A stretch of DNA of 64,000 bases. Source: Azolla caroliniana (lineage: Eukaryota; Plantae; Polypodiophyta). Positions within the stretch are counted from its first letter, which is position 1. Every line of letters begins with the position of its first letter. The stretch is taken from positions 7,998,001 through 8,062,000 of the forward strand of contig JBHGNT010000007.1 of the NCBI GenBank assembly GCA_043228905.1, in the 5' to 3' direction. Below are positions 10,901 through 32,801 of the stretch, in pieces. The position numbers and the translations under genes were made by a program. The notes under the pieces are model-generated. The model saw only the letters and a list, made by a program, of their open reading frames with translations, was not told where the DNA came from and searched no databases.

Positions 10901-13791
10901 CCTAGGTTCACTTCGTCGAGCTGGGATGTTTTTACCCGTTGGGAAACGGCCATTTCCCGTTCCAATGCTTCCTGTGCTTGCCGTAATTCCCGAATCGAAT
11001 CTTTGTCTGGTTCGGCTTCGGTTTCGTCCCGCTGTGGCAAGTATGGCGCTACGGCTTCAGCTACGTCAATCTCGAAGAGTGGTACGATCTTCGGGTGTTC
11101 CTCCAAGTACTGGGCTTCTTCGTCGTTTGCCAACCCTTCAAGCATGTTCACACATTCCGCATACAGCGGTGTGCATTCCTTACCGTTGCTCGTCCGTGGT
11201 TGTGTCGGTACCCAGACCTTGGCTTTTCCGCGCCGGAAGGTAATCATATTTTTCCGCCAATTTTGCTTGATGTGTGCTGTTTTCAACCATGGTCTGCCCA
11301 GCAACAGTGGGTACGCGCCTTGCGCCTGTAGCTGCAGCACGACAGCCGAGATGTGAAATGTGTGACCTCCTATGGTGACTTCCAATTTCCGTATTAAGCC
11401 CGTCGGCCGTACAGAGCTCGTATCCGCCATTCGTAGCCAGAACGGACATGGCTCCCATTCATGTATACCCAAGGCATCACACGTGCGGAGGCTTATTACG
11501 TTCACCCCGGAACCTCCATCGATTACTGTGCCGGGAAGTTCGTGCCCTTTGACAAAAGCTGTAATCACCGGACTACTAGTGTCCACCACCGTCGGTCCCT
11601 CCTCCGGATTCGAGAAGAGGACTGGTGCCGGTGGGGTTATACCGTCTGTCATGACCGTTTTTAGTCCTTCCGTAAATCGCGGCACGAGCTGCAAGAGTCT
11701 TCCTAATGGCAACGTGATCTGACATTCTTGCAGTGCTTGCCATGTCTCGTTTTCTGGGTGGCTACCGCCGGCACTCCCTATGGTATTCGCCTTTTGTCGT
11801 TCCGCGTCTGCGACGTTCCTTTCATTGGCTTCCTTCACCCATTCCGTCACCTGTTTTCGTATGGCCTCTTGTGTTTCCCACTCTTTGGCCATGCCTTTCG
11901 ACCGTGTGGTTACTTGCTGTAAATTCGCCACTTCCGGAACCACCATATTAACTGCTGGTCGTTTATCGTAGCTCTTTGCCGGGCACTGGTTACTGTAGTG
12001 GCCTTCCTGCCTGCAGTAATAGCAGTACTCTTTACGGGTATTGCTGGATTCAGCATTGCTGGTATCCGGAGTCGGTCCCGTAGTGAGTGGTGCGTTCTGT
12101 GCCGGTTGACTCCTTGGGGTTCCATGTTCCGGGTCCCTAGTGTGACCACCTTTCTTGAAATTACGTTTCTTATTATTCTTATTTTTATTTCGGTAGTCCG
12201 GTCGTGGTGGATCGTAAAATCGGCCGTAGTCCTCCTGGTGCCTTCGGTAACCAGGGGAATGGTCTCTGTCGTATTGCTCGTGTCGTCTGTTGGACTCCCG
12301 ATAACGGTCCGATCGCTCATACCGGTCGTAGTTATCATGCCGATTCCCGTACCGGCCATCATTCTCTTGTCTGTCTCCGTACCGGACATCCTGTGCCGGT
12401 CGGTACCGGTTCATTCTTTGCCAACGATCGTCATCTTCGTCTCGGCTGCTTCTTGGCTCGATCCGTCGGACGGGTGGTGCTTGTCAGTTTAACAGGTTAT
12501 ACTCGCACTGGTCCGTTGTATGACTCTTGGATTGACAAATCACACTCTGGGTTTGCATGGTGCACTCCACTGCCGAGTGTCCGGCATTCAAGCAGATTGT
12601 GCATTGAATTGTCTGCCGGAACCGGAGATCTTCATCTGTGGGTAACGCTCGTTGCAGTGCTCCCAGTGTAAGCCATGAGCTTGACTTTTCCATTTCTCTG
12701 ACCCGGTCAATGACCTGGTCAATGGTGCTTCCTCGAAAGTCGATCACCGTACACACCGTGCGTAACGGTTCCCGGAGTGCGTTTAAAAATATCGTCCGTA
12801 ATTCCTCCTCCGGGGGTGCACGGGCAAGCTGGCTATGCATTCGTTGGAAACGGATGACGAATTGGGGAATGCTTTCCCCTGCCTCCTGTCGGATCGTATA
12901 AAACAGGCCCACCATTGTCGTCTGGTCGACCTCCTTGTGGAAAAAATGCAAGAATTTTGCTTTTAATTCTGCAAAGGTTGTGATGGTCGCCGGGTCCTGC
13001 GTCCGCCGCCATCGTGTCGCTGGTCCTTCCAACGTGACCCCGAATTCCGCTATCTTCGAGCGTTCTTCTTCCTCCGGTGTCATTCGCTGGGACGTGTGAT
13101 TTGCTTCCCATGTCTGCTCGAAGGCATGAACATGCGCTTCCGCGTCCGGATCATCGCGATACTTTGAGTATTGGAACGGCATGTCGTCGTCCAGTATTAG
13201 GCCGCGGTTTAGTGGCGTTTGTTGATATCTTTTCGGTTCTCTCTCCGGTTCCACTTCCGGTTCTTTTGCCGGTGCTTTTTCTGGTTCCTCTTCCGGTTCC
13301 TTCACCGGCTCTTTCGTTGGTGTCGGTGGCTTTGCTTCTTCCACTTCCGGTGTTGGTGGGTTGACGGCTTCCGTTTGCGGTTCCGGATAGCCCTGGTCGA
13401 GCGGTTCCGGTTCTGGAGTCGGGACGGTATCCGACCCGTCGTCCTCCGGGCCGCCGGGGGTATCGTTGCTGCTCCGGTAGTTCGTGTGCACGCTGTATCC
13501 CCCTTCGGAATCCGATTCGTAGGCTGAAAAGGCTTCTGCCTCGTTCTCTCCGCTTGCCAGCGCCTCGAGGAGGCGTTCGGTTTCCCGGAGACTACTTAGA
13601 CTGCTTCCGCCGTCCTGGTCGCGAGTTTGCTGTAACCGAAGAGATTCCTCCGCGACTCTTCGGATCTCGTTGGAGAACGAACGATCCGAGCGAATTTCCT
13701 GCGCTGCTTGCTGGAAAGTCTCACGCCGTCTTTGCCGTTCGGCGAGGCGTCGAGCTCGGTCTGTAACCAGGTCGTGCGTTGGTCTCGTCAT
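7977..13791 (-). pseudogene. gag-pol of nested element (three Zn-knuckle-like motifs, PR, RT, RNase H, integrase), disrupted
   Basis: PR VIDGGSGVN; RT FLDGFSGYNQI...VFLDDF; RH FVDASDIAIG; INT KWGLDFVGP...YYPQANGLAE; in-frame stops at 12484, 9901, 9060 and a small deletion near 9700. Confidence 0.93.
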
Positions 13792-13828
13792 CCATTAAGC
13801 CGTCGTTCGCTGCGAGAAAGCAGGAATC

Positions 13829-13838
13829 GTGGTCGCCA
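13829..13838 (-). promoter_or_regulatory. Primer binding site of nested element (tRNA-Arg-like)
   Basis: Minus strand: LTR end, CAGTTT, TGGCGACCAC; about 10-nt complement of a tRNA-Arg(UCG)-type 3' end as recalled. Confidence 0.6.
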
Positions 13839-13844
13839 AAACTG

Positions 13845-14263
13845 TGTTATTCTCTGACCGGACAAGGCCTAACACAAGGTGTCACGGAGACACTTCACCA
13901 AAGGGTGATTACGGCATAGGATTAAGATTCAACGATTACACCGACTTACGTAGGTTACACGATTAGAGTGCTTTGGTTAATTACACGCGTAAGATATAAC
14001 AGTAAGTACAGAACGGAAATCAACACAGAAGTATAAACACCATACGCTCTATTAATTATCCGCTGCGATTACAATGGGGTCCGGGCCTTTAAATAGGTTT
14101 CCGGCCCGTAGTACAAAACGGTGCCTATCGCACCTATTCGGGATCCGTCCGGATCTGGAACGGCATACCGTTTCCAGTCCGTCCGTCCACACTATGCTTA
14201 TTTACAACCATACTTAATTAATTCCTTCACTCCGTATTTTGGACTCCTTGCCGGCCGGTAACA
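13845..14263 (-). repeat. 5' LTR of nested element
   Basis: Direct repeat of 4450-4868. Confidence 0.96.
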
Positions 14264-14268
14264 ACCGG

Positions 14269-17190
14269 CGGAGGAAAACCGGTTTCGGAGAATGCTCGGA
14301 AGGCACGGGAAAGCCTTCGCATTTTCACCGGAAGAGATCGGGTGCGTAGACCCGACGATTGTGGAGCCGATGGTGATATTCACGGTACCACATGTGCCGT
14401 GGAACCTCAAGCCGATTCCAGTACCGAGAGCCCACATCCCGAGGTTGATGGAGCTATTGAGGCAAAAAGTCGATATGGGCATTCTCGAACCGTCGAGTGC
14501 CCCATACTCGAACCGATGGTTTACCGTACCAAAGAAAAACGGAACATTGCGCTTCATTCAGGACCTGCAGCCGGTCAACAAAGTGACCATTCGGAACGCA
14601 GGAATCGGACCAACCATAGACGAGTTCGCAAAGGCCTTCGCCGGAAGGTCGATTTACTCGGTCAGTGATCTGTACTCGGGGTACGACCAGTTCCAGCTAG
14701 CCGTGGAGAGCAGAGACATTACGACGATGCGAACCCCCCTCGGCCTAGTGCGAATGTGTACCCTGCCACAAGGAGGGACCAACTCGGTAGCCCACATGGT
14801 GAATGCGATGAACAAGGTACTGAGGGATTGCATCCCGGACATCACCATGCCGTTTCTAGACGACATCCCGATAAAGGGGTGCCCGGTGAAGGAGAAGGAC
14901 GAGACAGTCGGGCCGGACGGATGCCGGCGATTCGTGGCGACACACATCGACGACTGCGAGAAGGTGCTACAGAGGCTAGAGGATGCGAGGCTCACCTTCT
15001 CCGGGGAGAAATCGGCCTTCGGGCAATCGGAAATCCTAGTGGTCGGACACCTATGTGGACCTTATGGCCGGAAGCCGTCTCCGGCAAAGGTAGAAGCCAT
15101 CTCCGTGATGAAGACCGATTGTAGCTCGGTTACGGAAGTTCGGAGGTTCCTGGGGGCATGCGCATTCTACCACATATGGATCCCGCATTACGCCCACGTT
15201 GCGGAGCCGCTATACGGGTTGCTGAAGAAAGGGCGAAAATTCGAGTGGCGAGATGAGCACACGGAGTCGGTCCGGAAGCTGAAGGAAGCTCTTGCGGCAG
15301 CATCGGCGCTCCGGAAGGCTGTCTACGGGAAGGGTACCCCGGTATACATAACAGTGGATACGAGTCCGACCGGGATCGGATGGGTCGTCAACCAAGAGGA
15401 CAAGAACGGCATTCGGTTCCCGATCCGATTCGGCGCGAAGGTTCTCAGTGAACGACAGCGAGGGTACGCCCAAGTTAAACGCGAACTCTGGGGTATCGTT
15501 TCGGCAGAAAAGGCCGACAAAGACTACTTGATCGGGACAGAAGTGGTTATAGAGACGGATTGCCTGCCGATTCTCGGCATGGTTTCCGGATGCGCGACAC
15601 CGGACCTGGCGATGCTCCGGTGGATAGCGTACATCAAGTCCCTGGACCCGGAAATACGGCACATTTCCGGAAAGGACAACGCCATGGCCGACATGCTTTC
15701 GAGGGCGAGGTTTGATGACGAGGGCGGGCATGGTTTCGGAGGACGAAGAAGTCGGCGTGGACTTCTTCGAGGCAGCGTAGGTGACGACGATGGGACGAGC
15801 ACTCCGGCACTTAACGACTTCGACGAGAGCAAGTCGACGGCGAGTGGCTCCAGATCGGTGGATTTTTGAGGACGATGACGCCGGATGCGTCGTGGACGAA
15901 GGACGAGGCCAACCGGATCCGAAAGAAAGCTTACCGATTCTTTCTCCGGGACGGATACTTATGGAAGCACCCGAAGAAGAGGAACGGCGTCCCGCTCCGG
16001 GTGGTGGCGATGAAGGAAGAACAGGAGGAGCTGCTGACAGGCTACCACGACAGCCCTTGGGCCGGACACCGTGGAACGTGGGCCACGTTCGAGAAGATAA
16101 AGGGGAAGTACTGGTGGTCGGGACTGTACCGGGACGTGCATCGGTTCGTGACAACTTGCGAGAGCTGTCAGATGCACTCCATAGTCCGGCATCGGGACGA
16201 GCTTCACCCTACGTACCCTCCGACCATCCACTTCAAATGGATGGTAGATCTGGTGACGATGCCGATGGGCGTAGGACAGATGCGGTATCTGGTCCTGGCT
16301 CGGGAAGATCTGACGAACCAGGTGGAAGGCCGAGCCCTTCAGAACAAAACGACCGCGTTCGTATGTCGGTTCCTGATCGAGGACGTGATATGCCAGTACG
16401 GGTGCGTCGGGAAGATCGTGGCTGATCGCAGGGAGTTGGACGCCGAAGAGGCCGAGGAGCTGTTTAACCGGCTAGGAGTCAAGCTCTCGCTTACCATTGC
16501 GTACAATCCGGAGGCTAATGGGAAGGTGGAGCGCGGACACGGACCGATCGTCAAGGCGTTAGTTCGGGCATGCGGAGGTCAAGTCGGGAACTGGCCGCGG
16601 CTGTTGCCTTACGCGTTGTGGGCGGACCGAACTACGCACAGTTCGGTAACCGGATTCATGCCGGCAGAACTCATGTTTGGGCAGAAGCCGGTCATGCCGA
16701 TGGAACGTACGATCTCCTCGTGGGCAACCGTGGACTGGAGAGACGAGATGAGCCGGGAGGAGCTACTGGCGGCGCGTATACGACAGCTCGAGCGAAGACC
16801 GGAGGACGTGGAGCAGGCTGCGGAAAAGCTTCGGGAAGCAAGGATGAGGAACAAAGCCCGGTTCGACCGAACGCACCGGCTCCGACCAAAGAAGATCGAG
16901 GAAGGCGACTGGGTGCTAGTCTATGACAGCAGCCTTGACAACCAGCACCGAGCGACACGGAAGTTCGCAAGAAGGTGGTTCGGGCCTTACGTGGTACAAA
17001 GCGCCAACGACAACGGGACGTACCATCTGGCGGAACTCGACGGTACGAGAATGGCGATACCGGTAGCGGGGAAGCGGATCAAAGCGTTCAAGAAGCGTCA
17101 CGACGACAAGCCGGATCCGGTTGGCTTGGACCGCGACGACGAACGATCCGAAACCGAGGAAGAACCGACGGGGGGGAATGAAGGCTGGAC
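14269..17190 (+). pseudogene. RT-RNase H-integrase of outer Gypsy element (frameshifted near 15730-15860)
   Basis: RT DLYSGYDQ, LPQGGTNS, FLDDIPIKG; RH VDTSPTGIG; INT H-H-C-C and YNPEANGKVE; WFGPY; no chromodomain seen. Confidence 0.93.
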
Positions 17191-17241
17191 CGGTTTTCTC
17201 CGTCCCGACTCAATTTGGCGCATGCCGGTGGATGCGCGGTT

Positions 17242-17254
17242 AGGTGGGGGCGGA
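17242..17254 (+). promoter_or_regulatory. Polypurine tract of outer element
   Basis: AGGTGGGGGCGGA directly before the 3' LTR. Confidence 0.8.
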
Positions 17255-17884
17255 TGTCGTGAAGAAAACCGTCCACAAGCGGAATCGGTGCACAGGAGCG
17301 TAGGAACCGGCTCTTCTCGAATGTTGTCCATAGAAGATCCTAGGCAGGTAGATTTAGTGGGTAGGAAGTAAAGGGGAAAACGGCTCCTTCCTTGCCTATA
17401 AAAAGGAGGGAGACGAGAAGGGGGAGGGGATCGCGGAGAGTCGAGGAGGAAGTGCTGTCGGTTTACGTGTGAAGGCTTCTCTCTCTCTCTCTAGTTCGCA
17501 AACTCCATAGCTTCCTTCTGCGCAGGTTTCGGGAGGCTCGCGCTGCTCTGAGGAATGCCCGAGTGCTTCCGGCAGCACCTCCAACCTGCTCCTGTCTTTT
17601 TGTGCGTTTACGAACAGGCATCGGCATCTGTTCGCCGGCCTGTTCGGTTGTAACCGACTTCGTGTTTTGTTGCTTCCGTGTTCTTGTTGTTGTCCTTGTT
17701 AATACACACATACATTCGTGTCTCTCTGTGTCGTTGTCCCACTCGCGTCTTTGTGTCAAAGGGCCGTGTCCCTGTGAATCTACGTTCGCACGTAGTGGGT
17801 CTCTTGTCCTTTCTCTCTTGCTCTTCGGTACAGGACCCCTGAGGTCCCGCCTCATTCCACGCATCCGCGAGGAAAACCTCGACA
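17255..17884 (+). repeat. 3' LTR of outer Gypsy element
   Basis: Direct repeat of 1079-1708, followed by ACGT. Confidence 0.97.
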
Positions 17885-18039
17885 ACGTGAGAAGGGGGAC
17901 TTTGGACGTTTCTATTGGAGAGCTTTGATATTTTGGTCAAATGATCTTCATAGGGCACTCATCCTTAGGATCCGTAGACCTGATGACATAATAAAATAGG
18001 GAGACTCAGGAAATGGGCACTAAGAGTTTTAGAAAGATG

Positions 18040-19759
18040 GCTGACTCATAACTAAGGGGCGGAGAGATAGTCGAATGTTCATCCTCGATTCGAACAAGGT
18101 GAAATCGACAATGTACGCTAAAGGTCTCAAAACCGAGACAAGCATCAAGTTGTGGCACGAGAGAATCGCCCATATAAACCTCCAACGGCTCCGAGCTATG
18201 CAATCAAAGGGAGTCATCATCCGACTTCCGACATTCGAGTCGAAACGAGTCGATTGAGTATGCGAAGCGTGTCAACTCGGCAAACAACATCGACTCCCAT
18301 TCCCGAAGGAGAGCCACATGAGCAAAGGCCTCCTCGACATCATACACTCGGATGTATGGGGACCGGCTGAAACGCCGACGATCGGTGGATGCCGATTCTG
18401 CGTCACCTTCATCGACGACTATTCGCGCTACGCATGGATCTTCCCGATGAAGAAGAAGAGTGAAGTGTTCTCCCACTTCCAAAAGCTCAAGGGCCAAGTC
18501 GAAAAAGAAACCAGTCGGCACATTCGATGCCTACGATCGGATGGAGGCAAGGAGTACTTCTCTGATGAATTCACCTCCTACCTCCAAAGTGAAGGCATTC
18601 GGAGAGAATTCTCGTGTCGACACACACCCCAACAAAATGGAGTAGCCGAAAGGAAGAATCGGCAAATACTCGAGGTAGCACGTGTCATGATGCATGAGAA
18701 GCACATGTCGAACTTCTATTAGGCCGACGTGGCATCCATAACCGTCTATCTCATGAACCAGTGCACCACCAATGGAGTCCATGAGCCAACTCCCTACGAG
18801 CTCCTCGTCGAAAGGAAGCCGATCCTGTCGCACCTCAAGGTGTTTGGAAGCATTGCGAATGTACGCATCCCGAACGAACAACAACAGAAGCCCGACCGAA
18901 GTCAGAGGAATGTATCCTCATAGGATACTCATCCAAGAAGAAGGCATACAAGTGCTACAACCCTTCTACCCGAGCGGTTCGGGTAAGTCAAGACGTAGTC
19001 TTCGACGAGTCTGCATCTTGGTATGCACTAGAGACAACTTCGACTCCAACTCCGCTCGACCCGGAATCCGCCGAACAAGAGGTAGAAGATGGAGATCGCT
19101 TTGAACACATGTTCAAAGAAAGTCCGATTACGGCAAGGCCTAGTGGGCACGACAAGCCTTCATCACAGGCTTGAGGGGGAGGAACCGAAACTACCACAAA
19201 AACGTCGACGCCAAAAGAAACAATATCAGTCATCCAAAGCCGAAGCCGATTCAACCGAATCGAAGATTTGAACGTCGAAAGCTAAAGCGGACATCGGATG
19301 CCCCGTACTTGAGCTTGAGGGGGCATGTTGATAGATCAAGCTCAACTTAGTTTAGTTAGTTAGTCAACCATGTAACTTCGTAGTTACCTAGATAGAATCT
19401 AGTTAGAAGTGTTGACTATAATGCCTTAAATAGGACCTTGTACTTAAGTGGGATATTCTAGACCCTCCACTCCCAAGTACATTTAATATAGGACTTACAC
19501 TTTTGTACCTATATTCTACTCACACATGTGCACCTTTGCACATGAGATCTATATATACCTCATTGATGGTATTTTTTTATTTTGATGATGATGTTTTATA
19601 ATATACACTCTAGTTTATCATCCCCCATCTTGTCTTTGTGTTCATAAGTGTAACTTCCTCTCTCTCTTCCTCTCACACACATATCACTTGATCTTCCGCT
19701 TAACTTAATCACATAATTAGGTATTAATTAACCCTTGATTACTTACCTAATTCTTAACA
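18040..19759 (+). mobile_element. Truncated Ty1/Copia element: GAG-pre-integrase and integrase, RT/RH missing, PPT and 3' LTR (19326-19759)
   Basis: LWHERIAH, IHSDVWGP, FIDDYSR, LRSDGGKEY, PQQNGVAER; PPT AGCTTGAGGGGGCA then TGTTG...TAACA. Confidence 0.88.
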
Positions 19760-19894
19760 AACAATTTAGTGGTTTTTTATTTTTTTTTAAATTTTAAACA
19801 ATCTTTTCATTTGTAGACCTTATTCTCACATTTTAGGAAAATCTTTAAATTTTAAAATTTTAAAAATAATGAAATATTAAAAATTAAAAATTTG

Positions 19895-19985
19895 ACCTAA
19901 GCTGAAAACCGAAACCGAACCACAAAATCACGGTTTTAATGGTTTAACAGTTCAGTTTTGACCCTCTCAAACCGAACCATTGCCA
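19895..19985. repeat. AAACCG-repeat remnant related to the hAT MITE at 43926-44523
   Basis: aaaccgaaaccgaacc and tggtttaacagtt shared with the MITE subterminal region. Confidence 0.4.
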
Positions 19986-20429
19986 ATTGTTATTTATAGG
20001 TATGTGTTTAGCTTCAGTCATTTGTTATATGCTCTCTTATATTGTACAAGAGCACCTCATTTGAACAATAGTGAGTCGTTTGAGAGGATCTTTCGAGTTT
20101 GAGAGAATGAGCCAAAACTCACCAGTTTTAGTGGATGAATATCCTATGTCGATAGGATCACCTTTTTTGTCGAAGAATATTGCGAGTGGACACCAGATAC
20201 TCAATCACCATCAACTATTGCCCTAAGTCATGAGTTCTTGATTGATGAGTACAACTACAATGAGGATCTAACCTATGATGAGAATGACAATCATGCTGCC
20301 GCAAGTGTGGCTGGTGTTGCACATTCCGAAGTAAATGAACAAAATGAGCCAACAAATGTATGTGTAGAAGAAATCCAGTTAGCAAGACCTATGCATTTAA
20401 TGAGGGTTCCACGTTGAAACAATTGAGAT

Positions 20430-21835
20430 ATGTTTGCCCTTGTGACATCTGAGAACCAACTTAGAGTAGATATCGGCAAAGATTGTTGTGCACATGGGCG
20501 CATGTCTACTATTGGAAAGGATAAGTTACGATCATTAAGGCGATATTATTTCTCACTCACTGGTGATGAGCAAGACACTTATCTTGCAACGGAGATGTAA
20601 ATGGCAACGAACATATTATTAGACATTAAGATCTGAATATTATATCTTCTATGGACTACAATGTTGTAGACTGGCATTCAAGATTTCGTTACATGTTAGC
20701 AACATGAGATTACATAGAGTGCAACAACCTCAATGGTGATCTCAATGTCAATGGCGGAGATGTTCCAAGTATGAAGGGTGCATCCAGAAGAAATGCAATC
20801 CGTTGGATGAAGAACTACTTCGACCTTAATTGTGAAGTAATGCCAACTACCGGTAGGTTGCATCTTTCAGATAATTACACACGACGAGAAGTATATGATG
20901 CCTACAAATTGGATATGTTAACGTCAAGTGATAAACATTTCACCTATAGTCAATTCACAAGATTGTGGTCAACACAATTCACTAATGTCGTCATACCTTG
21001 GAAAGTACGCAGTGGGTATTGTTCTATTTGTGGAAACTTGAAGAGCATGAATAAAGGTGTTAAAACAACAAAGGAGAAGGACATCAATAAACAATTGTTA
21101 TAGGACCATTGAGAAGCGCAAGCACTAGAGCGGAAAAAAACAATGCACCACAAAGAGAAGTCATTGAAGAAACCAGAACAATATACGTGTCTAATGGTTG
21201 ATGGTAGGGACCAGAAGAATATGTATCTACCTCGCCTTAGGAGGCTTCCAAAAGACGTCAATGACGAATGTCTTGTTCAGATGCACTTGGTGGGTTGTTT
21301 GGCTTATAATGGGACAGTTAAACCTCACGTCTTCATTACTTACCCGAATGTCCACAACGACCCCAACCTAACAATTACTGTGATTCAAAGGATTCTAATG
21401 AATGGGGGGCATCCATTGCCCCCTATTCTCTACATGCAATTGGACAACACTGCTCGGGAGAACAAAAAGTCATCTGTCTTCGGATATTTGAGCATGTTGG
21501 TTAAAAGGGGAGTGTTTAGGAAAGTTAAAGTTAACTTCCTTATGGTTGGTCACACACATGACCATATTGATCAAATGACATTCTCTAGGCAGTTGTCTCA
21601 ATATGATGCTTTCACATTACCGAAGTTATTTGATGTCATTTGTGATGCATATACGCCACGTCTGAATGTGCTCCACTTAAAGGAGGTATACGACTTTAAG
21701 ATATGCATAGCAGATGGTGGGGAGGAGAATGTGAAAGTGTTAGCCCAATTAAACAATATTAGCTTCAATCACATGTTCTTGATAACACATGTTCGTGTTC
21801 ACAAGTGGAAGGATCGCACACAAATAGAAGGATAA
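20430..21835 (+). pseudogene. Decayed DDE DNA transposase (Sola1-like / DUF7869-type)
   Basis: CSIC, LMVDGRDQ, QLDNTARENK, FLMVGHTHDHIDQ motifs; stops and frameshifts; TIRs not identified. Confidence 0.65.
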
Positions 21836-22360
21836 GGAATATTCAGTCTGATTTTGGGGCCTTTTTTGCCATTTCACAAAACACCTTGATACTAGAATCA
21901 CATGTTCTTGAAAACTTGATGAAAATGCTGAAAATTTCACCATTTAAGAATTAGGGTTTAGAAAGTTAGAAATCAGACAGTTAGAAGTTAGACATTAGAA
22001 ATTGAAAGTTGACAGAGAGACTGACAAGAAACCACATGCAACATACTGTTGAGTGACGAGAGAGAGAAGGATAGAGAGAGAGCTTGCATAATGGACACTA
22101 AGCGGCAAGCCTATGAATTGCCAATTTTTTTTTCCTTCCAGATCTACATTGATCCGATGGTGCACATTTAACATGGATCCTGAAGCAAGCAAGCATGTTG
22201 CTGCTACTCGAAACTTACCTTTGCACACACATCACCGTACTACCCTTCATATTTGGCAGCAGATCGACACACACGAGCAGGCCAACCCAAAGTAATGCAT
22301 ACATACATACGTACATACAAGGATCAAAACAAAAATGTGGAGGCCTTCTTCTTCTTCTTC

Positions 22361-22408
22361 TTTTTTGGCGCCAAAAAAAAGAGGCACGTTTTCAAAATGG
22401 CGCCAAAA
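22361..22408. promoter_or_regulatory. Two E2F-type sites upstream of the CHD gene
   Basis: Palindrome TTTTTTGGCGCCAAAAAA (22361-22378) and TGGCGCCAAAA (22398-22408) fit TTTSSCGS, about 250 bp before the ATG. Confidence 0.55.
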
Positions 22409-22631
22409 CCCCGCCATTTGTTGACGCTTCCACTCCCCTTCTCCTTCTCCTGCTTCTCCTTCTTCTTTTGCTGCCAGACTGCCTGATCAGAGATCAGAGA
22501 AGAGATCAGAGATCAGATCAGAGAGAGAGAGAGAGAGAGAGCAGCATTCGCTCTTCACTTATCTCTCTCTGCTCCCATTCCCCTCCTCTTACCGAGGCGA
22601 GTCTCCGGTTCTTCCTTCTTCACCTCCATCC

Positions 22632-32065
<9,434 letters not shown>

Positions 32066-32801
32066 GAGGGCAATCACTGGCGAACACAGATTAAACTTTC
32101 TTACGAATCAGTTAATATTTATGACAACTATATATGCATATGTATGTAAATACTTCTAATCAGGATTTTGTTTTTGTGATACAAAGAACTTCTTTGTATG
32201 CATTCAATGTAAATGTTATGTATAATTGATGTTTTGTGATATAAATGTAATTTTTCAGTTTTGTTGCAAAGAGCAAGTTTTTTGTATGGATTATTCTATA
32301 CCCCGAATGAGTCTACTGTGGTGCCGTTTATCATTTAATAACATTGCACACTATGCACACTATGTCAATCATGATAGTAACTTTTTTGGGAAAAAAAAAT
32401 CATGATAGAACATAACAAAAGAAATTCTTCTGTTTATGTGGAGATTGTTGTTCTTGCTGTATAGCTTTAGGAAACTATACGCATGCAATTTTTGTACAAA
32501 TTTATACTGCATTTATCATTTCACTCTATTTATGTGATCTAACAACACTGCCAAAAGCCCAAATTTATAAAGCCCTTCTGCAAATTTTCAGTAATGCATG
32601 CAGAAAGTAGCCCAAGCACTCTAGGAAGATCACAAAAAAACTCTAAACTCTTCAACTGAAAGTCCTTTCCCAACCGCAGCAAAATCTTTCAAATGTTGCA
32701 CTTAAGAAAAAAGTAACGCTACATTATTGCAGTTGGGCAAACGGGAAGTGGTGCCAAGAAACCATATTCCTGCACTAGGTGAACTGGTTGAATTCTTGCA
32801 C

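Larger units (their letters stand above)
4450..14263 (-). mobile_element. Nested full-length Ty3/Gypsy (Athila-like) LTR retrotransposon with extra 3' ORF
   Basis: 419-bp LTRs TGTTA...TAACA; 5-bp TSD ACCGG (4445-4449, 14264-14268); gag-PR-RT-RH-INT on minus strand. Confidence 0.97.
1079..17884 (+). mobile_element. Full-length Ty3/Gypsy LTR retrotransposon (non-chromovirus), interrupted by a nested element
   Basis: Two 630-bp direct LTRs TGTCG...CGACA; ACGT on both flanks (1075-1078, 17885-17888); PBS, PPT; order gag-PR-RT-RH-INT. Confidence 0.97.

Noticed and set aside
12481-12486. TGA CAA as programmed readthrough in nested gag
   Set aside because: More simply a CGA>TGA deamination, as at 9060; other lesions show the copy is defective.
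15858-15870. Second GGATTTTT as a frameshift site
   Set aside because: Lies inside pol in a region already disturbed by indels (~15730-15850); no supporting structure seen.
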